From assembly GCA_016712635.1 (NCBI GenBank), contig JADJQS010000006.1:511216-575215 (forward strand): a stretch of 64,000 bases of DNA, written 5' to 3'. Shown here one piece after another: positions 39,611 through 49,468 of this stretch. Every line of letters begins with the position of its first letter. Within the stretch, counting starts at the first letter, position 1. The notes beneath the pieces are model-generated. The model was not told where the DNA came from, did not search any database, and saw only the letters and a program-made list of their open reading frames with translations. A program made the translations under genes and the position numbers. Source of the stretch: Gammaproteobacteria bacterium. Lineage in GTDB: Bacteria > Pseudomonadota > Gammaproteobacteria > SZUA-140.

Positions 39611-42169
39611 CTAGTCCGACTCGCGGTCCTGTCGCGGACTTTCCGCCGGTGAGCGGGATTCAGCGGAGGGGGATGCCTGCGCCGGGGCAGCCGCCGCGGG
39701 TCGCTCTTGTTCCCGCTGTGAGGTGACCGCGGAGTGGAGCGAGTTGGGCCTGAAGTCCGGCTTGACCGGCTCCACCATGGAACCCGTCGGCGCCGCGAAG
39801 GTGATGGACGGGGCTGTATGCGGGGATGGTGCAGGTGCCTGAACCGCCGCCATCGGGGCCGTACTGATCACCGGCATGGATGCGGGTACCGCCGGGAGGT
39901 CGTTCCGTTCCGTCCGCACGCTTGCAGCAGACTCGACACCCTCAGCAGCGGCGCGCGCCGGTTCGGGCCGCGATTGCCCCGACGATTGGGGACGCGGACC
40001 GCCGCCGCCTTCCCCGGATCTGCCGGCAGCGTCACCGGAACCCTCGCGGCTCTGGGATCGGCGGCGTCCCCCGCGGCGTGAGCGCTGCCGGCCGGTACGC
40101 CCGCCGGAACCCTGCGCTCCATCGGCCGGGCGTTCACCCTGGCCCGGGCGTGTCTGGTCTGTCTGCACTTGCAACTGCTGCTGCACGGGCTCGGGCGAAG
40201 CCTCCTCTGCCGCAGCCTCATGCCGCGGCTCCGCCGGCGCTTTCTGGCGCGACGGATGTTCCCCGCTGTGCCGCCCGCCCGAGGCCGCTTGTCCGCCGCC
40301 GCGCCGCTGCTGCTGCGTACGTCCTCCGCGTCCCCCGCGCGTGCCCTGCCGGTCAGCGGAGCCTTCGCCGTTGCGCCGTTCTTTGCGCTCAGGGGAGGCG
40401 GTGGGCTGAACCACGGGTACCTCCGGCTTCGGGCTGCCGAACAGGGAAGTCCACATCTGTTTGATGAAACCGCCGCGCACCTCCACCTTGGGCGCGGTCT
40501 CCCGGGGCTGCTCACGGTATTCCATCGAATCTTCCGGGCGGCTGGCCGGGGCCGGCGTACGCGGCATGATGCCCCTCACGAGGGGGGCTTCCGCCACCGG
40601 CTTGGGCTGGGCCAGAGGAATGACGTCGGCCTTGACCTCGATCTCGCTGGCGAGCTCGTAGCTGGCCTTTTCCTCGGTTTCTGCCGGCAAATCCTCCTTG
40701 CGGAGGCGCTTGACCTCGAATTTGGGCGTCTCAAGGGCGGAGTTGGCGATGAGCAGGATCTTGATGCCCTGCCGCTTCTCGACCCGGCCGATCGCCTCGC
40801 GCTTCTCGTTGAGGAGGAAGGTCGCGACGTTGACCGGGACCTGGATGATCAGGCGGGCGGTGTTCTCCTTCATGGCCTCTTCCTCGATCACGCGCAGGAT
40901 CGACAGTGCGAGGGATTCGACGTTACGGATCGTGCCGAGCCCGTTGCAGCGCGGACAGATGCTGTAGGCGGACTCGCCCAGCGAAGGCCGCAGGCGCTGG
41001 CGCGACATCTCGAGCAGGCCGAAGCGGGAGATTCGCCCCATCTGGACGCGGGCACGGTCTTTCTTCAGCGCCTCCTTGAGGCGGTTCTCGACCTCGCGCT
41101 GGTTGCGCGCGGGGGTCATGTCGATGAAATCGATGACGATCAGGCCGCCGAGGTCGCGCAGCCGGAGCTGGCGGGCGATCTCGTCCGCTGCTTCCAGATT
41201 GGTGTTGAGGGCGGTTTCCTCGATGTCGCCGCCCTTGGTGGCGCGGGCGGAGTTGATGTCGATGGCGACCAGCGCCTCGGCGTGGTCGATGACCACGGCG
41301 CCGCCCGACGGAAGGCGGATCTCGTGGTGAAACGCCGCCTCGATCTGGCTTTCGATCTGAAAGCGGGTGAAGAGGGGGATCTCTTCCTGGTACAGCTTGA
41401 GCTTGGACAGGTTCTGCGGCATGACCTGCTGCATAAAATCGCGTGCGCGCTGGTACACCGCCGGGTCGTCGATGAGGATCTCGCCGATGTTCGGCCGCAG
41501 ATAGTCGCGGATAGCCCGGATGATGATGTCGCTTTCCTGGTAGATCAGGTAGGGGGCGCGGGTCTCATCGGAGCTGGAGGCGGCCTCGATGGCCTCCCAC
41601 ACGCGCACCAGATAGTCGAGGTCCCACTGGATCTCCTCGGCGCTCTTGCCGATGCCGGCGGTGCGCACGATGATCCCCATGCCGTCGGGGATCTCCAGGG
41701 CGTTGATGGCCTCGCGCATCTCGTTGCGGTCGTCACCCTCGATGCGGCGGGAGATGCCGCCGGCGCGCGGGTTGTTCGGCATCAGGACCAGGTAGCGACC
41801 GGCCAGGCTGATGAAGGTGGTGAGGGCGGCGCCCTTGTTGCCGCGCTCTTCCTTGACCACCTGGACAACGACTTCCTGTCCTTCTTTCAGGGCTTCGCGG
41901 ATTTCCACCCGGCGGTTGTCGTCCGGGCCGGCGTCGAAGACTGTGGGGGAGACTTCCTTCAGGGGGAGAAAACCGTGGCGGTCCGCACCGTAATCGACGA
42001 AGGCCGCTTCCAGGCTGGGCTCGACACGGGTGATGCGGGCCTTGTAGATGTTTGACTTTTTCTGTTCCCGCGACGGGGTTTCTATATCGAGATCGTAAAG
42101 ATACTGTCCGTCAACCAGCGCGACCCGCAACTCTTCCGGTTGAGTCGCATTAATCAGCATTCTTCTCAT
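39611..42169 (-). CDS. rne: Ribonuclease E (conserved N-terminal catalytic half; Arg/Pro/Gly-rich scaffold C-terminal half).
   Basis: 852 aa. N-terminus MRRMLINATQPEELRVALVDGQYLYDLDIE, S1 domain, DNase-I-like region. The C-terminal region is low-complexity RGG-rich. Confidence 0.9.
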   Translation of the reverse strand: MRRMLINATQPEELRVALVDGQYLYDLDIETPSREQKKSNIYKARITRVEPSLEAAFVDYGADRHGFLPLKEVSPTVFDAGPDDNRRVEIREALKEGQEVVVQVVKEERGNKGAALTTFISLAGRYLVLMPNNPRAGGISRRIEGDDRNEMREAINALEIPDGMGIIVRTAGIGKSAEEIQWDLDYLVRVWEAIEAASSSDETRAPYLIYQESDIIIRAIRDYLRPNIGEILIDDPAVYQRARDFMQQVMPQNLSKLKLYQEEIPLFTRFQIESQIEAAFHHEIRLPSGGAVVIDHAEALVAIDINSARATKGGDIEETALNTNLEAADEIARQLRLRDLGGLIVIDFIDMTPARNQREVENRLKEALKKDRARVQMGRISRFGLLEMSRQRLRPSLGESAYSICPRCNGLGTIRNVESLALSILRVIEEEAMKENTARLIIQVPVNVATFLLNEKREAIGRVEKRQGIKILLIANSALETPKFEVKRLRKEDLPAETEEKASYELASEIEVKADVIPLAQPKPVAEAPLVRGIMPRTPAPASRPEDSMEYREQPRETAPKVEVRGGFIKQMWTSLFGSPKPEVPVVQPTASPERKERRNGEGSADRQGTRGGRGGRTQQQRRGGGQAASGGRHSGEHPSRQKAPAEPRHEAAAEEASPEPVQQQLQVQTDQTRPGQGERPADGAQGSGGRTGRQRSRRGGRRRSQSREGSGDAAGRSGEGGGGPRPQSSGQSRPEPARAAAEGVESAASVRTERNDLPAVPASMPVISTAPMAAVQAPAPSPHTAPSITFAAPTGSMVEPVKPDFRPNSLHSAVTSQREQERPAAAAPAQASPSAESRSPAESPRQDRESD

Positions 42170-42780
42170 GTTTCAGCAATCCTTAAGTGGAACCATTCAC
42201 GCTGTTCAGCGCGGAATTGCTGAATCGTAACTGTATGCGGTGATCTTATGACATTACGTTTGCGCCAGCCTGTGTGCGAACATCATGATCGTGCACCGTA
42301 TCGTCTCAAATCGGTCAACAGTTCGTATTCAGCCTCACCCGCGCACGATGACGTGGATGGTTGTGTTAACTTTCCCGTTCGAAACACTGGGCTTCGAACA
42401 TCTTGTGCATTCATGTACCACATCGGACTCCCGGCACCATCCATCGTGAGGATGTGCCGCTGAATCCCTCTATAATCATTACATTGATTAGGAATGTTGA
42501 AGTTGTATTCAACCTTCCCGGTGACTGTTCCGCGTTTCCTCCCCAGCTCTGCGAAGGCGGCCGCGGACAGACGGGTCTCGGCCTCAGGACACTCGACCAC
42601 GCCTGTCACAAAGTCTTTCCAATGCACGTGTACCATGGCTGGCGAGGTGTCGGGCCGGCGTCCAAGGGACGGCCGGGCGGACAAATTTTATCCCACCCGC
42701 GATAAACGCCCTGCTAATATAGCAATGTTTTAAAGCAGCTTCAAACAGTTATCGTATACGGGCGGAGATACCCAAGGGAG
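42170..42780 (-). promoter_or_regulatory. Long rne 5' leader / divergent rne-rluC promoter region (about 610 nt).
   Basis: Non-coding gap between divergent rne (-) and rluC (+). By analogy with the E. coli 361-nt autoregulatory rne 5' UTR. Confidence 0.5.
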
Positions 42781-43734
42781 ATGAAAGAATCGAAGGCGGC
42801 GGCCCCCGCCGTGCGGGTGGTGGAAATCGAGCGCAGTCGCGGCGGGCAGCGCATCGACAATTTTCTGTTGACGCTGTTCAAGGGCGTACCGCGCAGCCAT
42901 GTCTACCGCCTGCTGCGCACCGGACAGGTGCGCGTCAACAAGGGGCGCATCAAACCCACCTACCGGCTCAACGTCGGGGACCAGGTGCGGATCCCTCCCG
43001 TGAGCTACTCCGAGTCCATGCCGGTGCGGGTCGATGATGACCGCAGGGCGGCCATCGAGGCGGTAGTGATCCACGAGGACGAAGACATCATGGTCCTCGA
43101 CAAGCCGGCCGGGATGGCGGTACACGGGGGCAGCGGCCTGCGCTTCGGGCTGATCGAGGCGTTGAAGTTGATGCGGCCCGACAGCCCTGACATCTCCCTG
43201 GTACACCGGCTGGACCGCTTCACCTCCGGCTGCCTGCTGGTGGCGAAGAACCGTGCCATGCTGCCCGCGCTGCAGGAACAATTCCGCACTGAACGCGTGG
43301 AAAAACAATATCTGACCCTGGTGAAGGGTCGCTGGCAGGGCGGAGCCCGTACGGTGACTCTGTCCCTGCACAAGGGCCGCCTGCAATCCGGAGAACGCAT
43401 GGTCCTGGTCGATGACGAGGAGGGGAATGATGCAGAAAGCCGTTTCATCCCCGTCGAGACCTTTGCCGTCGCCAGTCTGATGCAGGTGATGCTGAAGACC
43501 GGGCGCATGCACCAGATCCGCGTACACGCGGCCGGCGTGGGGCATCCGGTCGCCGGCGACGAGAAATACGGCGACCCTGACTTCAATCGCAGCATGCGCG
43601 ACTTCGGCCTGAAGCGGATCTTCCTCCACGCCCAGGCGCTCAGTTTTTACCATCCGCGCACCGGGCGCCTGATGAGCCTGTCCACCCCGCTGCCGGACAC
43701 CCTGCGCCAGGTGCTGGAGCGACTCCAGCAATAA
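42781..43734 (+). CDS. rluC: 23S rRNA pseudouridine synthase RluC (S4 domain plus RluA-family catalytic domain).
   Basis: RIDNFL S4 region, HRLDRFTSGCLLVAK catalytic Asp motif. Divergent from rne as in other gammaproteobacteria. Confidence 0.85.
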   Translation: MKESKAAAPAVRVVEIERSRGGQRIDNFLLTLFKGVPRSHVYRLLRTGQVRVNKGRIKPTYRLNVGDQVRIPPVSYSESMPVRVDDDRRAAIEAVVIHEDEDIMVLDKPAGMAVHGGSGLRFGLIEALKLMRPDSPDISLVHRLDRFTSGCLLVAKNRAMLPALQEQFRTERVEKQYLTLVKGRWQGGARTVTLSLHKGRLQSGERMVLVDDEEGNDAESRFIPVETFAVASLMQVMLKTGRMHQIRVHAAGVGHPVAGDEKYGDPDFNRSMRDFGLKRIFLHAQALSFYHPRTGRLMSLSTPLPDTLRQVLERLQQ

Positions 43735-43735
43735 A

Positions 43736-43848
43736 ATGGGGACAGATTTATTTATTGCGTGAAAAGGGGCGGATCCTGATCCGCCCCCTAATGTAATGTC
43801 GGTCAGTGTGCAAATTCATATTCAATAAATAAATCTGTCCCCATTTAA
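43736..43848. repeat. Nested inverted-repeat structure. A 24-nt perfect inverted repeat (aaatggggacagatttatttattg / caataaataaatctgtccccattt) encloses a GC hairpin (ggggcggatcctgatccgcccc).
   Basis: Read directly. Shares the GGGGACAGAT core with the hairpin family. Likely terminator / REP-like. Confidence 0.7.
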
Positions 43849-43867
43849 GACTTTAGGGTTATTGTGA

Positions 43868-44536
43868 ATGGTGCTTCCGTATAAGCTTCTCGTGTTCGAC
43901 TGGGATGGGACCTTGATGGATTCGGAGGCGCGCATCGTCAGTTGCCTGTCGATGACCTTATCCGATCTCGCCTTGCCCGCGCTCGGGCGCGATGAACTGC
44001 TCAACGTGATCGGGCTCGGACTGCCGGAGGCGGTTGCCACGCTGCTGCCGGAGGCCGATGCGGGACTGATCCGCCGCTTCATCGATCGTTACCGTTACCA
44101 TTTCCTGTCCGACCATCACGCCGCCGCGGTTTTGTTCCCGGGTGCGAAGGAGACCCTCACCGCGCTCGATCGCCGCGGCTACCTGCTGGCGGTTGCAACC
44201 GGCAAGGGCAGACGGGGGCTGGACCAGTCCCTGGAGGACACCGGCTGCGGCGGCCTGTTCTCGCTCTCGCGTTGCGCGGATGAAACCGCTTCCAAGCCGA
44301 ATCCGCGTATGCTGATCGAGATCATGGATGTGCTCGGCATCGCCCCGGACGAGACCCTGATGATCGGCGATACCGAATATGACATGCAGATGGCGCACAA
44401 TGCGGGCGCGCGCGCGCTGGCGGTGAGCTACGGCGTCCATGCGCGTGAACGCCTGCTCGCCTGCGAACCGCTCGGGTGCCTGGACGTGATCACCGATATA
44501 CTTCCCTGGCTCGAAGGCGTGAGGCGTGAGGCGTGA
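43868..44536 (+). CDS. HAD-superfamily hydrolase (phosphoglycolate-phosphatase-like).
   Basis: LLVFDWDGTLMDS motif I, VATGKGRRG, MIGDTEYDM. The C-terminus (..VRREA*) and stop are contributed by the heptamer array. Confidence 0.7.
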   Translation: MVLPYKLLVFDWDGTLMDSEARIVSCLSMTLSDLALPALGRDELLNVIGLGLPEAVATLLPEADAGLIRRFIDRYRYHFLSDHHAAAVLFPGAKETLTALDRRGYLLAVATGKGRRGLDQSLEDTGCGGLFSLSRCADETASKPNPRMLIEIMDVLGIAPDETLMIGDTEYDMQMAHNAGARALAVSYGVHARERLLACEPLGCLDVITDILPWLEGVRREA

Positions 44537-44722
44537 GGCGTGAGGCGTGAGGCGTGAGGCGTGAGGCGTGAGGCGTGAGGCGTGAGGCGTGAGGCGTGAG
44601 GCGTGAGGCGTGAGGCGACAAGAGTTTGCTCGCCGCATTTTCCTTGTCCAGCACTTTTTTAAATTAGTATTTTTCTTCTTTTACCCCTAACTCCTCATCC
44701 CTCACGCCTAACCGAATACCCT
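44515..44722. repeat. Heptamer element copy K. A pure (GTGAGGC) array of about 14-15 units, a roughly 70-nt AT-rich loop and a CCTCAC right arm, upstream of sppA.
   Basis: gaggcgtgaggcgtgagg... x14 then gacaagagtttgctcgccgcattttccttgtccagcacttttt..ttttacccctaactcctcatccctcacgcctaacc. Confidence 0.85.
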
Positions 44723-44776
44723 TTCAGTGTCTCCATCCATTACAATCATGCATCGGGTAACAACAAGGACCGGGTA

Positions 44777-45784
44777 ATGTCTGACGAGAACAAACAGCAG
44801 GATCCATGGCTGGGTGAGGCGCAGGCGCCGCGCGCAGGTAACGGCAAGCAGGGCGCCGTGGAAGAGACGTGGGCACGCAGCGTGCTGGAAACGCTGGTAC
44901 AGGCTACCCTCAAGGAGCAGCGCAGCGCCCGCCGCTGGGGTGTCTTTTTCAAGCTGATGTTCCTCGGATATCTGTTTCTGATCCTGTACACCTACTGGCC
45001 GGGGAAGCTGGTCGACGAGAGCCTGTCGGGCCGGCATACCGCCCTGATCGACATCAACGGCGTAATCGCCGAGGACCGCGACGCCAGTGCGGACTACATC
45101 GTCGACAGCCTGCGTGAAGCCTTCGACAACAAGCACGCCGCCGCCATCCTGCTGCGTATCAACAGCCCCGGCGGCAGCCCGGTGCAGTCGGGCTATGTCA
45201 ACGACGAGATCGCGCGCCTGCGCGCGCAGCATCCCGACAAGAAGGTGTACGCCGTGATCACCGACATCTGCGCCTCCGGCGGCTATTACATCGCGGCGGG
45301 CGCTGACGAGATCTACGCGGACAAGGCAAGCATCGTGGGCTCCATCGGCGTGCTGATGGACGGCTTCGGTTTCGTGCAGACGCTCGACAAGCTCGGCATC
45401 GAGCGCCGCCTGATCACGGCGGGCGAGAGCAAGGGCTTCCTCGATCCGTTCTCGCCGATGAAACCCGATGACGAACACCATATCCGCACGATGCTGGCGA
45501 ACATACACCAGCAGTTCATCGATACCGTGAAGAAGGGGCGCGGGGACCGCCTCAAGGACGATCCCAGCCTGTTCACCGGGCTGGTGTGGACCGGCGAGGA
45601 AAGCCTCAAGCTCGGCCTGGTCGACGGCCTGGGGAGCCCCAGCTACGTCGCGCGCGAAATCATCGGCGCGGAAGACATCATCGACTACACCTATCAGCCG
45701 CCGTACTTCCAGCGCTTCGCCGAACGCATCGGCGCAGCGGCGGCACAGGGAGTGGCGGGGATGCTGAAGGTGGAACTGAGGTGA
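44777..45784 (+). CDS. sppA: Signal peptide peptidase SppA (36K type, ClpP/crotonase fold).
   Basis: ICASGGYYIAAGADEIYADKASIVGSIGV catalytic Ser region. TM near the N-terminus. The stop TGA lies in the first repeat unit. Confidence 0.85.
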   Translation: MSDENKQQDPWLGEAQAPRAGNGKQGAVEETWARSVLETLVQATLKEQRSARRWGVFFKLMFLGYLFLILYTYWPGKLVDESLSGRHTALIDINGVIAEDRDASADYIVDSLREAFDNKHAAAILLRINSPGGSPVQSGYVNDEIARLRAQHPDKKVYAVITDICASGGYYIAAGADEIYADKASIVGSIGVLMDGFGFVQTLDKLGIERRLITAGESKGFLDPFSPMKPDDEHHIRTMLANIHQQFIDTVKKGRGDRLKDDPSLFTGLVWTGEESLKLGLVDGLGSPSYVAREIIGAEDIIDYTYQPPYFQRFAERIGAAAAQGVAGMLKVELR

Positions 45785-45968
45785 GGCGTGAGGCGTGAGG
45801 CGTGAGGCGTGAGGCGTGAGGCGTGAGGCGTGAGGCGTGAGGCGTGAGGCGTGAGGCGTGAGGCGACAAGAGTTTGCTCGCCGCATTTTCCTTGTCCAGC
45901 ACTTTTTGAATTAGTATTTTTGTTCTTTTACCCCTGACACCTCACCCCTCACGCCTCACGACTCACTC
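45781..45968. repeat. Heptamer element copy L. A (GTGAGGC) array of about 12 units plus the same loop and right arm as copy K, between the convergent 3' ends of sppA and maf.
   Basis: Near-identical loop to copy K (a few substitutions). The array is 2-3 units shorter. The right arm runs into the maf stop. Confidence 0.85.
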
Positions 45969-46602
45969 AAAGTACCTTGACACCCTCCGCCTCGAGCATC
46001 CGCGCCAGCCGCATCAGCGGCAGGCCGATGAGCGCCGTCGGGTCGGGGCCTTCGATCCGTTCCAGCAGGGCGATGCCGAGCGATTCGGATTTGAAGGCTC
46101 CGGCGCAGTCATAGGGTTGCTCGCGCCGCAGATAGGACTCGATCGCCTCCGGGTCCAGCCTGCTGAACGTCACGCTGCAGGTCACGGCATCGACCTGGAG
46201 CCGGTTCTTAGCCGCATTCAACAGGCACAGCGCGGTATAAAACTGCATTGTCCGCCCCGAGGCGGCCGTCAATTGCGCGACAGCGGCGGAATGGCTGCCC
46301 GGTTTGCCAACCCGATGGCCGTCGAGCACCGCCACCTGGTCGGACCCGATGATGAGAGCCGCGGGATGGTCCGGGGCGATGCGCCGCGCCTTGGACTCCG
46401 CGAGCCGGCGCGCCTGGGCCTCCGGCGTTTCGCCGTCCAGCGCACGCTCGTCCACGTCGGGCGAGAGCGCGGTGAATTCCAGCCCCAGGCGCCGCAAGAG
46501 CGCCTGCCTGAAGCGCGAGCTGGAGGCGAGCACCAGGGGGGGTGGCGGGGCGGCGGGTGCCTGGGTCATGGCCTGATTCCGAATTCCTTGATCTGCCGTC
46601 AT
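45967..46602 (-). CDS. maf: Maf-like nucleoside triphosphate pyrophosphatase.
   Basis: LVLASSSRFR..LL.RLGL N-terminus. 211 aa. Conserved neighbour of yceD/rpmF. Confidence 0.8.
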   Translation of the reverse strand: MTADQGIRNQAMTQAPAAPPPPLVLASSSRFRQALLRRLGLEFTALSPDVDERALDGETPEAQARRLAESKARRIAPDHPAALIIGSDQVAVLDGHRVGKPGSHSAAVAQLTAASGRTMQFYTALCLLNAAKNRLQVDAVTCSVTFSRLDPEAIESYLRREQPYDCAGAFKSESLGIALLERIEGPDPTALIGLPLMRLARMLEAEGVKVL

Positions 46603-46692
46603 TTTAACCGGGTATCCTTGCGACGCCCGGCACAGCCCAATTTTGTTAATGGATTTTGACAGTTACGGCATCTGAGCCTATCATGTGCCGCT

Positions 46693-47223
46693 ATGTCTGG
46701 TCGACTTCCTGAGACTGTTCAGTGGGACCGTCTGACCGAGGGTGGTGAAACCCTGCGCGGCACCATTGCACTGCAGGGGATGACGCGCCTGGCAGGCTGC
46801 CTGCTGGATGATGAAGGCGAAGTGGACGTCGAGCTGGAGTCCGGCATAGACGCGCAGAAGGTCAGATACCTGCGCGGACACCTGCGTACGACCCTGAACC
46901 TGGTTTGTCAGCGCTGCCTGCAGCCGCTGTCGTACCCGCTCGACATCGACATCAGTCTGGGCCTTGTACTGACGGATGACGAGGCGGAAAGACTGCCGGA
47001 GGTCTATGACCCCTATGTCTTCGATCAGCGCACGGCGGAGCTGATGACGATTCTGGAAGACGAGCTGATGCTGGCGTTGCCGCTCGTCCCGATGCATGAT
47101 ACCGCGCGCTGTCGCATCGACCCGGCCTATGCCGTTGTCGAAGAGCCGGTGCAGCCGGTCGATACGGGGACGCGGCGGCCATTCGCCAGGCTGGATGCGC
47201 TGATGAAGGGAAAAGCGGGCTGA
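46693..47223 (+). CDS. yceD: YceD/DUF177 family protein (23S rRNA accumulation protein) upstream of rpmF.
   Basis: CQRCLQPL motif. Conserved yceD-rpmF-plsX arrangement. Confidence 0.8.
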   Translation: MSGRLPETVQWDRLTEGGETLRGTIALQGMTRLAGCLLDDEGEVDVELESGIDAQKVRYLRGHLRTTLNLVCQRCLQPLSYPLDIDISLGLVLTDDEAERLPEVYDPYVFDQRTAELMTILEDELMLALPLVPMHDTARCRIDPAYAVVEEPVQPVDTGTRRPFARLDALMKGKAG

Positions 47224-47288
47224 CCGGGACGCGTTCCCCTGCGGTCGGCGCCGCGATTGAATGGTAGTAACTATCAGGAGCTAGGAAA

Positions 47289-47474
47289 ATGGCGGTACAG
47301 AAATCCAAGAAATCCACTTCGCGGCGCGGCATGCGTCGCGCCCACGACAGCCTCACGGCGCCGACCTTGTCGATCGACCCCACTTCGGGTGAAACCCACC
47401 GCCGTCACCACGTGACGCCGGACGGCTATTACCGCGGCCGCAAGGTCATCGAGTCCAAGGAAGGGGAAGTCTAA
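47289..47474 (+). CDS. rpmF: 50S ribosomal protein L32.
   Basis: [20 protein letters not shown]. Confidence 0.9.
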   Translation: MAVQKSKKSTSRRGMRRAHDSLTAPTLSIDPTSGETHRRHHVTPDGYYRGRKVIESKEGEV

Positions 47475-47477
47475 GGC

Positions 47478-48503
47478 TTGAGTTTAACCATAGCCCTGGA
47501 CGCGATGGGCGGTGACCGCGGTCCTGCGGTAACCGTCCCGGCGTCGCTTTACGCCCTCAAGGACAATCCCGATCTGCACCTGATCCTGGTCGGCGACCAG
47601 CAGACGCTGCTGCACGAACTGCAGCAGCACAGCGCTTCGGTCGGCGATCGGCTCACGGTTCGGCATGCCTCGCAGCAGGTGAGCATGCAGGAGCTGCCGT
47701 CGCAGGCCCTGCGCACCAAGAAGGATTCCTCCATGCGGGTGGCGATCAACCTCGTCAAGGAGGGCGCGGCCGCCGCCTGCGTCAGCGCGGGCAATACGGG
47801 CGCGCTGATGGCCACCGCGCGCTATGTGCTGAAGACCCTGCCCGGGGTGGAGCGGCCGGCCATCATCTGCGCCCTGCCCACCATGCGCGGCCATACCCAT
47901 ATGCTCGATCTCGGGGCGAATGTCGACTCCAGTCCCGACCACCTGTTCCAGTTTGCCGTGATGGGCTCCGTGCTGACCAGCGCCGTCGACAGCATCGAGC
48001 GCCCCACCGTGGGACTGCTCAACATCGGGGAAGAGGAGATCAAGGGCAACGACCGGGTCAAGGAGGCCGCGCGCATGATAGCCGAAAGCGGTATCATCAA
48101 TTACGCCGGTTTCGTCGAAGGCGACGATATCTACAAGGGCACCGTGGACGTCGTCGTGTGCGACGGATACGTCGGCAACGTGGCCTTGAAGACCAGCGAG
48201 GGCGTCGCCCGCATGATCACGCATTTCCTGCGCGAGGAATTCACCCGCTCGCCGCTGACGAAACTGATCGCACTGGCGGCGAAACCGGTGCTGCGCGGCT
48301 TCCGGCGCAAGATCGATCCGCGCCGTTACAACGGCGCCAGCCTGATCGGCCTGCAGGGCATCGTCGTGAAAAGCCACGGCAGCGCGGACGAGGTTTCGTT
48401 CGCGAACGCGATCAAGGAAGCCGTGCTGGAAGTCAGGAAAAACATACCGCAACGCATCGGCAGCCAGCTCGAGGCGTTGCTGCTGGCCAGGAAGGCGGGC
48501 TGA
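47478..48503 (+). CDS. plsX: Phosphate acyltransferase PlsX (TTG start).
   Basis: [10 protein letters not shown]-terminus. 341 aa. Confidence 0.9.
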   Translation: MSLTIALDAMGGDRGPAVTVPASLYALKDNPDLHLILVGDQQTLLHELQQHSASVGDRLTVRHASQQVSMQELPSQALRTKKDSSMRVAINLVKEGAAAACVSAGNTGALMATARYVLKTLPGVERPAIICALPTMRGHTHMLDLGANVDSSPDHLFQFAVMGSVLTSAVDSIERPTVGLLNIGEEEIKGNDRVKEAARMIAESGIINYAGFVEGDDIYKGTVDVVVCDGYVGNVALKTSEGVARMITHFLREEFTRSPLTKLIALAAKPVLRGFRRKIDPRRYNGASLIGLQGIVVKSHGSADEVSFANAIKEAVLEVRKNIPQRIGSQLEALLLARKAG

Positions 48504-49468
48504 TGTACGCGCGCATCACGGGCACGGGCGGCTATCTGCCCGCCAGGGTGCTGTCCAACGCCGAACTCGAGCGTATGGTCGACACCACCGACCAGTGGAT
48601 CGTCGAGCGCACCGGCATCCGCACGCGTCATATCGCCGCCCATGGCGAGACCACCTGCGACTTGGCCGAGGCCGCGGCGCGCCGTGCGATCGAGGCAGCA
48701 GGCCTCGTGCCCGCCGACATCGACCTCATCATCGTCGCGACCACCACGCCGGACAAGGTGTTTCCCAGCACGGCCTGCCTGCTCCAGCAGCGGCTCGGCA
48801 TCCACGGTCCCGCCGCCTTCGACATCCAGGCCGTGTGCACCGGTTTCGTCTACGCACTCAGCGTGGCCGACAAGTTCATCCGCACCGGCAGCGCGCGCTG
48901 CGCACTGGTCGTCGGCGCTGACACCCTTTCGCGCATCATCGACTGGCAGGACCGGTCCACCTGCGTCCTGTTCGGCGACGGTGCCGGCGCGGTGGTCCTG
49001 GAGGCGGCCGCGGAGCCCGGCATCCTGTCGACGCACCTGCACGCCGATGGCCAGTACCAGGAGATGCTGATGGTTCCCGAAGGCGTCTCGCAGGGTTATG
49101 AAAGCGTGCAGGAAGGCAGCGCATTCATCAAGATGCAGGGCGGCGAGGTATTCAAATTCGCGGTGAACTCCCTGGAACAGCTCGTCGACGAGACGCTGGT
49201 GGCCAACGGAATGCAACGGGACGACATCGACTGGCTGGTCCCGCACCAGGCCAATATCCGCATCATCACCGCCACCGCGCGCAAGCTGAAGATGTCCATG
49301 GAGCGCGTCGTCGTGACCGTGGATACCCATGGCAACACCTCGGCGGCGTCGATACCCCTCGCGCTCGACGTCGCCGTTCGCGACGGCCGCATCAAGCGCG
49401 GCGAGACCCTGCTGTTCGAGGCTGTCGGCGGCGGCTTCACCTGGGGTTCTGCGCTGGTTAAATATTAG
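48503..49468 (+). CDS. fabH: 3-oxoacyl-ACP synthase III.
   Basis: The internal start [13 protein letters not shown] overlaps the plsX stop. The upstream 115 codons of the ORF-track model are spurious. Cys-His-Asn active-site context. Confidence 0.9.
   Translation: MYARITGTGGYLPARVLSNAELERMVDTTDQWIVERTGIRTRHIAAHGETTCDLAEAAARRAIEAAGLVPADIDLIIVATTTPDKVFPSTACLLQQRLGIHGPAAFDIQAVCTGFVYALSVADKFIRTGSARCALVVGADTLSRIIDWQDRSTCVLFGDGAGAVVLEAAAEPGILSTHLHADGQYQEMLMVPEGVSQGYESVQEGSAFIKMQGGEVFKFAVNSLEQLVDETLVANGMQRDDIDWLVPHQANIRIITATARKLKMSMERVVVTVDTHGNTSAASIPLALDVAVRDGRIKRGETLLFEAVGGGFTWGSALVKY

Noticed and set aside
44515-44617. Tandem arrays of GTGAGGC considered as a CRISPR array.
   Set aside because: The unit length is 7 bp with no spacers. 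No cas genes or leader are present. It is a microsatellite-like part of the palindromic element.
44708-45886. 392-aa minus-strand ORF beginning [28 protein letters not shown], plus related ORFs 43958-44638 and 45678-45902.
   Set aside because: The N-terminal repeat is simply the stop-free translation of the CCTCACG orientation of the heptamer array. The remainder is antisense to sppA and the HAD gene.
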